Shown: in pieces, positions 23,984 through 34,929 of the stretch | Position numbering within the stretch: position 1 is the first letter of the stretch | Layout of the letters: each line of letters starts with the position of its first letter | DNA from: Nemertoderma westbladi | Lineage: Eukaryota; Animalia; Xenacoelomorpha | Reading direction: 5' to 3' | Assembly (NCBI GenBank): GCA_032718475.1 | Contig: JAUCBJ010008043.1 | Coordinates: 1-34,973 of the forward strand | Length of the DNA stretch: 34,973 nucleotides | The notes under the pieces: model-generated | Told to the model about the DNA's origin: nothing | Database searches by the model: none | What the model saw: only the letters and a program-made list of their open reading frames with translations | Made by a program: the position numbers and the translations under genes

Positions 23984-24094
23984 ACCTCAAAGGAATCATC
24001 TGTTTGAGAAACGAAAGGGTACACAAGGGTTAAGACCACAGAAATTGTTTAAATGACACAGCTAATGGTCGAGTACAATTCTGCCAAGTTTCAG

Positions 24095-24937
24095 TGTAAA
24101 AGCTTTTGCGGACATAACAAGTCATTTTTACGCAATGCGCAGAATACTCTAAAATAGCCCTAAATTTATCCAACTACGCGACGGGAAGGAATTAGAACCC
24201 AGATGAAGAAATCTGTCAGCTGATTCTTTGTAGACGTGGAAGTTCTTTGTTCTGTCTTATTAGCCAATCAGAGCAATTTTCACTTTACAGCTAACAGAAA
24301 CCTATGGAAACTCGCGCAATGCATTACGGTCTTTGTTTACTATTTTTCTGAGCATCAGAACCAACTCAGAATTTCTGTGCTTCTGTGCGGAAGTTTCAAA
24401 CTTTGGCCTAGGAACATCAGATGGTCTTGATTATAAGAACGTAAATCTATTAACTGATGAACATTACCTCATTTACTCATTTCTCATTACTGGACCACTG
24501 CATAAGTAACGCATACTGACTGATCACCGTATTATTTTACTTCTGTTTTGTATATTATTAATTGTTGTTATATTAATGCATATTGATGTTATATTTGGAG
24601 AATACCGATAAATAATCATAAACCCCTTAATCTTATTGATTACTGAGGTAAGAGGAATAGAGTTTACTGGTAGCAACTGCGACTTACAATATAGTGGTTT
24701 TGTGTGAATTAAATGCTATTCCATAATCCCTACGTGTGTCAGTTGCGATCCTCATTATATATGATCAAATTCAGTGACGGTCGGCAGATTAGTGAGAACT
24801 AGAGTGAAGTAGTGTGAAGTAGTGTGAAGGTTAATAAAGCATCTCCTAAAGAATGCGCTATTTACAAAACTCTGTGGCCATCCAGTTGTGATTAGTATAA
24901 GTCATAACTCTGTTTTTATATCTAAAGCGCCACGTCC
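24095..24937 (+). mobile_element. LTR-like repeat, probable 5' LTR of the BEL/Pao element
   Basis: Begins TGTAAAAGCTT. Shares colinear blocks with 33405-34335 (GAATACTCTAAAA, AGCCAATCAGAGC, TTGGAGAATAC, TGACGGTCGGCAGA, CCTAAAGAATGCG, TTAGTATAAGTC, AGCGCCACGTC). AATAAA near 24833. Lies upstream of gag in the same orientation. Confidence 0.7.
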
Positions 24938-25208
24938 TAAAGGAACTGTTAATATTTCCCCGAAAATAAATATAGTTGTCAGAGATTATATAGTAGCGAT
25001 CAATCAAATAATACAGTAGGTCTACACTGCAATAACTCTCAAGGAATCCGAATCCAGTCTCCCACACCGTGGGTCATACGCCGCGCACGGACTGGCTTCG
25101 GCTGAGGTAACTTCAGTACACTACGTAATTGATAAAAGGCTAAAGTCTATTTATAAACAAGAGGACAACTAAAATTGGCAGGTTAAACTGCTAAAGGTCT
25201 AAAAGCGT

Positions 25209-25393
25209 GAACATTAATAGATTTTGTTCTTTATTGCACAGTAGGCAATAAATATATTTTGTCTAATGTTCTGGTAAGAACATTAATAGATTTGGTTCTT
25301 TATTGCACAGTAGGCAATAAATATATTTTGTCTAATGTTTTGGTAAGAACATTAATAGTTTTAGGGTTTCTTTATTGCGCCGTAGGCAATAAA
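25209..25393. repeat. 69-bp tandem repeat (x2.7), each unit with a hairpin
   Basis: Units start at 25209, 25278 and 25347, and each contains TTTATTGC-N7-GCAATAAA. Confidence 0.9.
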
Positions 25394-27023
25394 GTCGAAT
25401 GTACCGGTCGGACGGTAAACTGTAGGCCTGATCCGAACCGGTACTTACAGGTACAGCAGTATTATTTCGATTGTGATATATTGTATATTAGTAGGCTGTT
25501 TAAGAGAGTAGGGACTGTACACCCCTTATTTCTTTTAGAGCTTACATATTTCTGTCAGTTTTATTTATCTGTAAGTGTAATATTGAGCAGAAGACGTGTA
25601 AGCCTGCTCAGATTGTATAAATAATTTGTAGGCCAGATTGTTGTCTAGCTGTTGTTAGGCCTGAGGCGATTGCAGTGTGTGTAGAGTGTCTGTCCGATAA
25701 AGTGCTAGTTAGGAAGGTGGGGGCATCCAGTGCTGTAAGGTAAATCCCCCCCGAAAGAATAAGTCGTACTACTTGGTTAGAACTCCTACTAACTAACTTT
25801 AGGCTTGACAGTAGTCTGCCAGCATTTGGTCTGTATTTTATTTGAATAGTCTGTGCGAGTAGTGCAATATTTATTATTCAGAGTTTATGCGAGTATTCGC
25901 AACCTCCAATTCCCCAACTTTATTCCTACAGTAATTGTGCTTGTTATACATACCGTTATAGTTAAATTAACCCCGGTACTACATCAGGGCTACTTGGCGT
26001 AGGTAAAGACTGGTGATTTTGTGCTCCGGTCACTCCAGCAGATACCGTGGTTCTTTTGGCTGTTCACGTTTATTTAACTGCTGGTTATTTGTTGAATAAG
26101 TACTTGTAACTAATTTAGGGTTTAGAGTACAGTGCTTTCCGAAAGTAATTTAGTGTGTAGGCAGTATATTTGTGTTGTAACGTGGTTAATAGGTACGTTA
26201 GCTCTGGTTGGCTTCGATAATTAACCTCTAGGTAAGCAACTTACACGCAACGCAACGCAACTTACTACTGCTTTATTGGTTTCAATTACCGTAGTTTCCC
26301 GTCAGTTTGTAAGAACCAGAAATTCTAACTCCTTGTTAGGCTGGTTCGTAGATTTCTTGTTAATTTACCCTAAAAAATTGTACGTGTAACTTGTTTATTG
26401 TTCATTTAGAGATTGTAATCTCAACCTGATTGTAAGTAATTTGTAGTGATAAGTAACTTAGTAAAGTAGAATTATCTTTAATAGTGTCTAACAAGTAGCA
26501 CTCCACTGAGAGCGTACAGCCTGTGTAGTGACTTCTTATCCAGAAATAATAACATTTATTTCAAATATAGTCAAAACCCATTGTACGGGTATATATATAT
26601 ATATATTTATAAATCAACTCAATCAGATTTATAAAATAGTAGGCCTGTTATACATCAATTAGGTCTTAATATCAGTTGAACTACTGCTTAATATCAGTAA
26701 TAAAGTAATGGGAAGTAACCCTAAAATTCAGAAATTCAGTTATTATTAAATAATTGACATTACCGGTATTTACGGTAAGCTTATTATATTTATATAAATT
26801 TAGGCTGAACTTATATACCGGTATTCTGTGACTGATCCTAGTCTGTAAATAATACTTATATATATACCATAAGTGTATACCGGTATTTTAATATTATATA
26901 TATATCACGTTACACTGAGTAACGGTATCGGTAAATAACTACTAGACTGACAGTTGATATTGATTCTTCTAGACTTACTTTAACTGTTGTTATAGTAGTA
27001 GGCATTCAACTGTAAAATAAATC

Positions 27024-30000
27024 ATGTCTGACACAAAGCAAACACTGTCAGATAGTCTCCTAGAAAGAATGATCTGTGACCCAGATAAAAGTATAGAACA
27101 TCTAAGACCAAAGTCCAAGTCCCCTCCTACGATAAGAAAAGTCATCCCTACAGTAGTGGTATCAGACCCCAGGCTAGTAAAGCACCATAGGTCTATTATA
27201 GGCACTAGGGCTCAAGTTAAGCGAGGCCAAGAGACGGCTGTTAAACAGCAGCAGCACCCAAACCGAGAACTTATTTCTCGATGGCAGAATACTTCTAGTT
27301 TCGACACTGAAGAGTTAACGCCCGAGGTCGGAGCAAGGATGGAAGAAGCAGTTTATCCAGATCCACTTCTAGTTCTTCCTGGGGCCGTACTTACTGGAGT
27401 GTTGATGGTTGTGGAGGAACACCAAGAGGATTGGAAGAGAAATAAGAGATTGACCAGGGACAGTTATGCGGGATACACGATGGAGGAACTAAGATCTATT
27501 GTCGAGACGCAATGGAACTTCCCCGGACCCAGACTCCCGTTTAACTTATTGGAAGCTGCCTGGGAAGACTTATACCGAATGGGGATCTTAAGGGATACTA
27601 GAGATCCAGCTGTATGGAAGAGGTCAGCAGCAGGATATGTCCAGGGATTCTTCAACTCCTTGGAACGATTGGAAGAACATTTATTTCAATAACATCAAGG
27701 ACCTCAAGAGCAGGGAGAGCTGCTTTACCAAGTGCAAGAATGTATCTTTCGGATCAGATTAATCCTTTCAGCCTTTGAGGAAGCCTCGAAGAGAAGCCAA
27801 GACACGTCGTTGCAAGTGGCTGTAAAGACTTGGTTCCAACGAGTGAGTGTTAAGGTACAGGGAACAACACAATGGAAAGTTCAGCTAACTGAGCGCATGA
27901 CCCATGGAGAATCAACAGATGCCACCTTTTCTCATGTGGAAGGCGAAGCGATATCCGAAAAACCTCAGAAGAAGGATGCTATTGACATCTATCTATCGGA
28001 TTATCAACGATTTATAGGTGACAAAGAGCTAAGGAGACGGCTAGCTGGACTTCACCCCAATAGCGAGGGAGCCAAATTCGTGTTAGATTCTTTAGATGCG
28101 GAAATATTAGCTGCAGAGCAAGCTAAATTTGATGAAAGCATCCTCATCGCAATGGACCAAGAAGAACAAATAAAGAAAAGGCAAATAGAAGACCGAAAGT
28201 TAGCAGCAGCAGCAGTATCTGAAAGAAAGGAAGCAGCAGCAGCGGCAGCGGTAGAAGCTGAAAGAAAAGTGGCGGAAGTGGAAAGAAAAGCGGCCGCAGC
28301 AGCGGCAGAAGCAGAATGAAGATCATCTGAAGCGACAACCCAACTAGAGTTGGAAAATTTTCAGGCGAAACAAGATTACTTAAATAAACAGAGAGCAGCT
28401 ACTCAGATGCAATTACTGAGTCGATCTACTCCCAGAAGACAGGGATTTACCTCCTCTGATGAAGGCGATACAACGGATCCCGAGGGTAAAGGTAATAAAT
28501 CTCGTTCTAGCGGACGTAGAAGAGCGCCACACCATCAGAAGTTACCTAATTTGCCTCCTACAGTGAGAAGGCAACTGGCTAATGTAGACATAAGTAATCA
28601 AGAACCTACAGACCAAATTATTAGACTAGAAAGACTCCCTACTATAGTAGATGAGCCCGAAATAATTAGGCCTGTTAGTGAAGCCACTCCCTTGATAGAG
28701 ACCCCTGTACTTCAAGAACCTAACTCTAAATTCCCTTTGCACAGTACTAAACTACCTGTGCCCAGTAGACCAGCCCCGGAATCACAGCCATTCCTGGATG
28801 CTGAGCAAGACATAAATGAATTGTCTCCCGTCGTCCCTATGCGCCACCCAGCTACCATGTTGGCGGCTCGCGACTCTGCGGTTGAGTGGGTGGACGAGGG
28901 ACGACGGGGGATGAATCAGCTGCTCGGACAGCTGGAAGACAATAAGAACCAGTCTTCCCAGCAGGTCCGAGAATTGGAAGGGACTGTTCAGCGGTTAAAG
29001 GGAACAGTGAGAGAGAGTAGGTTAGAGTTGCAAGAAGTGCAACAAAGTATCGCTTTAGAGCGCGATAAATTAGTAAATATACAAATGGGCATACCACCAC
29101 CCCCTGTAACAATGTGTCAACCCAAGGTGTGGAACCTACACGCATCTATACTGCTAGTGAAGTAGAAACTCCTATAGTAAACCCTATTAAGGGTAATTAT
29201 AAGCCTGTTGATATTGATATCCCATACAGATCTGATCATAATCCGAGAAAATAACTCGATATTAAATAATACGATGGCTCAAGAAAGTTTTACACATCAA
29301 ATGGCTAGAACCGAAGCCCGTCAAGCGGTAAAGGTGGGAGAGGTTGTCAAGTTCAATGGAGATGAGATGAAATGGTTACCTTTTAATGAATATTATAAAG
29401 ATAACATACATAACTCAGTACTATCTAATGGAGAGAAACTTAGATTCCTCATCGAGTGATTGGAAGGACCTCCCAAGTTAATGGCGTTAAAGTTTATTGG
29501 ACATCCAGACGGATTAAGACAAGTTTGGGATACACTAAACATCAGGTATGGTAATAGGACTAACATAGCTAGGTATTTGTCTGCGAAATTAGTAGCGCCC
29601 TAAAAGTTTCTTAGCAGCGGGATTATAGAGTTTTCCGATGAGATTCAGGAGATCTGTAGACAGTTAGATAGGTTAGGTAAGTCTTAGGAATACCAGAGTT
29701 CTATGGTTGTTGGAGCCGTAGCATCTACTTTGCCAAAGGGTGGAGTAGGTACTTGCTGGGACAAAAAGGTTCTCTATATGATGGACCAGCAACAAAGAGA
29801 CCCTGCCATGGCTGATCTCATGTCGTTCTTAAATGGAGAGGTAAGATTACAGCTCCTAAAGCAGTCCAGAGAGAAGACACCGGAAAGTAAGGTAAGTGAA
29901 AAACCCGTTACTAGGAGAAAGGTAACACCAGTGTGTTATACGGACGATGGCGAAAGCCAAACTTCCTACGATGAGAACAGCGGCAAGGACACCGAAAGAT

Positions 30001-30249
30001 CTTATTCTGTCAATGAAGTTTGGAAAGACGTAAGTAAATCTAAGTCTCAAACCAGTGACAGGAGAGAACAGGTAACAACTCCTCCTATGTCTCCTCAGAG
30101 AATTCATGGAAGAAAGCCCGAAGAAAGAACAAGTGTGCGCAGCACAACACAGTTTAAGGTAAGTAACATCAAACCAAAATGTGTATTGTGCGACGGGCCA
30201 CATCGTTTGAGTGGGTGTGATGAATTCTTAAAGAAATCCCTGAAGGATA
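27024..30249 (+). pseudogene. Decayed BEL/Pao gag (long N-terminal extension, DUF1759-like capsid region, first Zn knuckle)
   Basis: ORFs 27024, 27732, 28350, 29208 and 29703 are in one frame, separated by stops and a local frameshift. KFNGDEMKWLPF...LSNGEKLRFL...LEG...WDTLNIRYGN is DUF1759-like. CVLCDGPHRLSGC is the CX2CX3HX4C BEL-type knuckle. Confidence 0.88.
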
Positions 30250-31095
30250 TATATATATATTGATCTTGTATTAAATTAAAAACCCATAAGATGCGGGCAA
30301 ATGGAGGCACAAAGTTAAAAACAAATAGCATTTATACTTATTAGCATAACAGTAAAATTGGCATATTTATAACTGTTCAATTCGGGCTCAACTTCAAAAT
30401 AAATGAAGTTATATATTAAATTTAAAAAGTGTCTAACAAATTTAGACCTTGGCAAGCACGCCCAATAGCTCCCGGTTCCGTACGTGCAAAGAGTTTCTAG
30501 GTCGCATCGATCAAAAACTTCAATTAGCTTTGTGGAGCTTCTTTCCGGACAACCGAATAGGAAGTGATGGCCAGTTTCTATTGCTCCACATATGCAGAGG
30601 TTTGACTCTAGGTCGCCGTAGAGATGCCTCATGTACGCGGTATTGGCCTGCCTGAGGATCAAGCCCAATACAAACGATTCCTGAACTCTACAACATCTCA
30701 GATTCATTGGTTCAAGAGGTGGAGATCCGATATTTTTGGGATTAACGGATTTAGCCACTAACATGTTTCGCCAAAGTTTGCATTAATACTTATCGGTATC
30801 GTGTTTCTTGTGTACAAAGAGACTTGAATTTAAATTACATATTGAAGGTAGTGAGATGGACGATCGCAACCCGAGATGCCATGCTAAGTAAGATCGTACA
30901 TATGATGAGTGTAGCGCATAGATATGATTATGATTTACCCGATAGTAGACTGATAGCCAGTAAATACATGTATAGTGATCGCTTCTTTTGAATGGTGTCC
31001 CAGTAACACGCTTCAACATTATTCCCCACATCTCGTGGAGAGAAGTCATTGTGGAGGTGTTTACCCATATTTGTGATGCATACATAATACGCGTA
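30247..31095 (-). mobile_element. 3' fragment of a non-LTR retrotransposon (LINE ORF2 C-terminus) inserted antisense in the BEL element
   Basis: Minus-strand IMYASQIW thumb-like motif, C-terminal CICGAIETGHHFLFGCP CCHC knuckle, stop at 30315, short 3' UTR and (AT)n tail at 30247-30260. Frameshifted. Clade not determinable by eye. Confidence 0.8.
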
Positions 31096-31272
31096 ATTAA
31101 CGACTGCGCGGCTCTTTTTGAGGGAATGTCTCTCAATAGTGAGTTGATGGACGGACCAAATATGAATAATTATCTCATGGGGGTGATTATGCGCTTTCGC
31201 CAACGTCAAGTAGCATTTACTTGTGATGTGGAAGCAATGTTTCACCAGGTGCGAGCGTTAGAGCGAGACTAT
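31088..31272 (+). pseudogene. BEL/Pao reverse transcriptase fragment
   Basis: IRVINDCAALFEGMSLNSELMDGPNMNNYLMGVIMRFRQRQVAFTCDVEAMFHQV matches the BEL RT signature RVVFD..A...G.SLN..L..GP...N.L..VL.RFR...VA...D.E.MF.QV. Truncated before the YxDD motif. Confidence 0.9.
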
Positions 31273-31282
31273 ATTTAGAAAG

Positions 31283-31550
31283 TTTTATATTTGTAATTAT
31301 TCCGAACTTATGCAATTTATATTTAGGTACAAAGTGAAATTGTTTATATTTAGGTACGAAAGTATTTGTATTGTAATTATTTGAATTTATGCAATATTTG
31401 AGAGACAAAGGGTGGATGGAAGACTTGCGAGCCTTTCTTAAGATTTCATTTATTTGTATTTGTAATTATTTTGAATATTATGCAATTTATATTTTATATA
31501 AGGAAGCAGTATTTGTAATTATTTGAATTTATGCAATATTTGAGATGCAA
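31283..31550. repeat. AT-rich imperfect tandem repeats
   Basis: Four copies of a TTGTAATTATTTGAATTTATGCAAT-like motif (near 31290, 31371, 31460 and 31512). Confidence 0.7.
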
Positions 31551-31798
31551 TAGATTTATATTTGGTGAATTTAATTTAGATTTATATTTGGAAATTGTAT
31601 CTACTTAATTAAAGCCTTAAATATGTATGCTTTAAGTATTTCATAATTTGATTTGTAATTATTGGTGAAAACCGTATATTTTATGCACGATAATATCCTG
31701 TTTTCATGGAGCGGTATAGAATTATATCCTCACAAAAGCTGTAAAATTTCAAAATTTTATTTAGTTGGAATTAATTTGTATTATTGGATAGGTTCATA

Positions 31799-32336
31799 TG
31801 TTATAAGATTACATTAAGTTCTCATTTGCATTTGGTATAGCTATTTGTACAACATTATTCAAGTGGTTCAGTAGCTCAGTTGGTTATGCGTTAGAAATTC
31901 GTTTGATAGGTATCGAGTTCAAATCCTAGCAGGTGTAAATTGTTTTTTGTGCCAATTTTCAACTTATTTGAATTGACCGCTACGATTGAATTGTATCTGC
32001 TCAAGGTAGATTAACCAATGTAATTGCAGTTATTTGACAGTAACCAATGTTGTGCAAGTTATGCGTTTGCTGGACCAATGGTTATCTTTAAAAACGTAAT
32101 GGAACCTATAGAATTATCTAGATTTGTCTAGATTATTGGCAGCACTAATTCACTATATAAAGGTGCGTTCGTGCAATTAGTTATATCTTATCTCACAACT
32201 ACTACCTTGTTAGTTGTAGTGTAATTATGTATTTCACTTCTTAGATCAATCACTTCTTGATTCATTTTGTATTTTATTTCGTAATTTGTTCATTATTTGT
32301 AATAAAGTTAGAATTATTGTTACATCTGTTTTAACA
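31799..32336 (+). mobile_element. LTR-like unit unrelated to the TGTAAAAGC LTRs
   Basis: TGTTA...TAACA termini, three ACCAATG boxes (32014-32080), TATATAAA near 32154 and AATAAA at 32301, 30 nt before the CA end. No clean TSD. Confidence 0.55.
31864..31948 (+). other. tRNA-derived sequence (SINE head or tRNA pseudogene) with Pol III boxes
   Basis: A box TAGCTCAGTTGG (31872-83), B box GAGTTCAAATCC (31915-26) and a T-run at 31943-48. Acceptor and anticodon stems do not pair well, so it is not a functional tRNA. Confidence 0.7.
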
Positions 32337-33404
32337 TGATTCACCACGGTGAACCCAACTGAGGGACAGATGGCAGGCTAAGCAGCGGGCCGCAGCAATG
32401 AACGAGAACATCGGCGGAATGTAGAAGGGAGACCACCCACAATATCGATTCATAGTTCTTCGCCCATCGCCTGAAAGGTTAGACAGCGTTTGATGCCTTG
32501 CTACCTAAGTGTAAGACCTGAGATCAAAGGTAGAAGTAGTGACACGCTGTGCGCCAAAATTTAAATTTAGGAACTGTACTGTTTTGATTCTGACAGAACC
32601 CGCGGTACCCCTTCACATTCCTACGGGGAGAGGAGAAGAGTAGAGAGAGAGAGAATAGATACATGTACACAGATAAGGACGCAGGCACACCATTACGGGG
32701 CATGCACATTGGTAGAGTACATCAGAACTGTACGCCTAACTTATTTGCCGTGTATAGGTGCGCTTGTGGCTTATTTTGTAGTACAACAGTGTCCTGTAGG
32801 CCAAGAGAAGGTTACCTTGTCTTGTCTGAATCAAGATTGTACCGTTCAGGCGGTCGGGCAGTTTATTGCGCTAGGCGCATTACAAATAGGGCTATTTGGG
32901 ATACTAACACCTACCGTGTCCCCGCCGACATCCTGATAAGAAGTTGCCACGCCCACCTAGGCAACCAAAATTCTAGATAGGAGACCAGGCTAGCTATTGT
33001 AAATGTACGCCTACTGTAGTAAACTAACACATTTCTTCTTAGTATTAGGGACCTGGTAGATTTAAATTGCCGAATTCCGGGCGTAGTTACTAACCTTATG
33101 CCTGAATTTGAGTCCTGGAAATACACAAAGGGGGAAGGAGCCTTATCATCTGTGAGTATTGGACCTACAGACCGCAAAATTAGAACATTTATAAAAGGCA
33201 CACCGGACCCAGTAAATTATATAATATGAAGGGATACAAAACTAAAATTCGATTATAAAATTCAACACACACACGCGTTTAGGAATTATTTACACCTCGA
33301 AATATATAAAATAATTTGTCCACGCCGCAGTTCGTCCGCTAGTTAGATATTTAGCTAGCAACCCCCACCCCATATAAATCACACCGCGGCAAAGTATACG
33401 AACG

Positions 33405-34335
33405 TGTAAAAGCTTCTGTGGGATATAACTGGCCCCTTTTGCTTCGCAATCCAGTTTCCCCCCAGGCGCTGGAATACTCTAAAAAGGTTCTCTAACTGTA
33501 TATATATTCCCCTCGCCCGCAAGGTACCGTTACAGGTGTTTTAACGGACATAAAAGTCATTCTGCTATATACGTGTTTTGGCGGACATGGTAAGGCAAAA
33601 AACCTGTAATGCACCAACTACCTTTCACAGCTTAGCCGTGATGATTCATATTACGACATCTAACAGCTGGTTGCTGACATGGAAACAGCCATTGGACGCA
33701 TAGTTCTTTGTTTGGCTTGAGCCAATCAGAGCGATTTTTCCTGTCGACGTGTAGCTTTTCAGCCGATTATAAGGAGAGTGTTCAGTCTTACTGCTCTTAC
33801 TTGATACTTTGTTGTTATTGCTGTCTAAGCCAGAAACACCGGCTTTTTGGGAAGAACTCTAGTAAATTGCTTAGATTATAGAAAGTATAACTGTTACCGG
33901 CGGTGTTACCTCACTTAATTTAACTGCACTAATCATATTGTTTGTACTGCTATTTACCGTCAGTTATTAATTGTATCTATTTGTTGATGGAAATATTGCT
34001 CTTTGGAGAATACGGATAAATCACCCAAAATTCCCAATTTTCTTGATACACTACAGGTTAGAGAGGCGGGCTATATATAACAATTGCGATTTATATCAAT
34101 GTGGTGTGTATTGAATCTAATGTTATTTAGTAGACACTACCTGAGTCAATTGCTGTTCTCTTTATGTGTGATCAATTATACTGACGGTCGGCAGAATAGT
34201 GTGCATGATTGTGAGTGTGATGTGACTGGTAACAAAGCATTTCCTAAAGAATGCGACTTATACTTTAATCATAAGCCTTATCGTTGCGTTTAGTATAAGT
34301 CCTAGCTCTGTTTAAATAGATAGAGCGCCACGTCA
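33405..34335 (+). mobile_element. Second diverged LTR-like copy (family of 24095-24937)
   Basis: TGTAAAAGCTT ... AGCGCCACGTCA (TG...CA), colinear homology blocks with 24095-24937, TATA-like TATATATAA near 34072. Confidence 0.7.
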
Positions 34336-34565
34336 GTAGTATACAATACTATGACACTGCACCAAGGTCACCCGTAGTCCATCATTACCATCCATTTCTG
34401 GTACTGCAGCCAATCAGAAGCAACCATTTCAACCTTTTGCGGTGGTCGTTATTATTTCAACCAATCAGATGTCAGCATTTCATCCGTAACCATGGTAACT
34501 TCTCAAGTTCCCGCTTATTCCGCTAGAGGCGTTATTAGTCCCCCGACGCTAGTACTGCATCCAAT

Positions 34566-34929
34566 CACCAACCTTTATTTTACAGGTGTTCGGGTGTCTA
34601 CACTTAGCAGCAGGTAACTTCTACTATTTTTCAAATCGTTATTTTTCACCAACCAGTATTTTCATATTCACCAACCTTTATTTTACAGGTGTTCGGGTGT
34701 CTACACTTAGCATCAGGTAACTTCTACTATTTTTCAAATCGCAATTTTTCAGCAACCAGTATTTTTCATATTTACCAACCTTTATTTTACAGACGCTAGA
34801 GGTGTCTACAGGTAACTTCTACTATTTTTCAAATCGCAATTTTTCAGCAACCAGTATTTTTCATATTCACCAACCTTTATTTTACAGGTGCTACGAGTGT
34901 CTACAGGTAACTTCTACTATTTTTCACCA
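34566..34929. repeat. 95-104-bp tandem repeat (x3.6)
   Basis: Units start at 34566, 34669, 34773 and 34868 (ACCAACCTTTATTTTACAG...GTGTCTACA...CAGGTAACTTCTACTATTTTTCA). Confidence 0.93.

Larger units (their letters stand above)
20052..24029. mobile_element. Non-autonomous piggyBac-like element (outer layer of the nest)
   Basis: TTAA (20048-51) CCCTTGTG ... CACAAGGG TTAA (24030-33). Repeated TGAGGTCA/TGACC motifs near 20067, 20258 and 20983. Confidence 0.8.

Noticed and set aside
31864-31937. Functional tRNA gene
   Set aside because: Only the A and B boxes are retained. The acceptor and anticodon stems do not pair.
32524-33201. Short ORFs as env or accessory genes of the BEL element
   Set aside because: No recognisable motifs or TM segments, and the lengths are consistent with chance ORFs.
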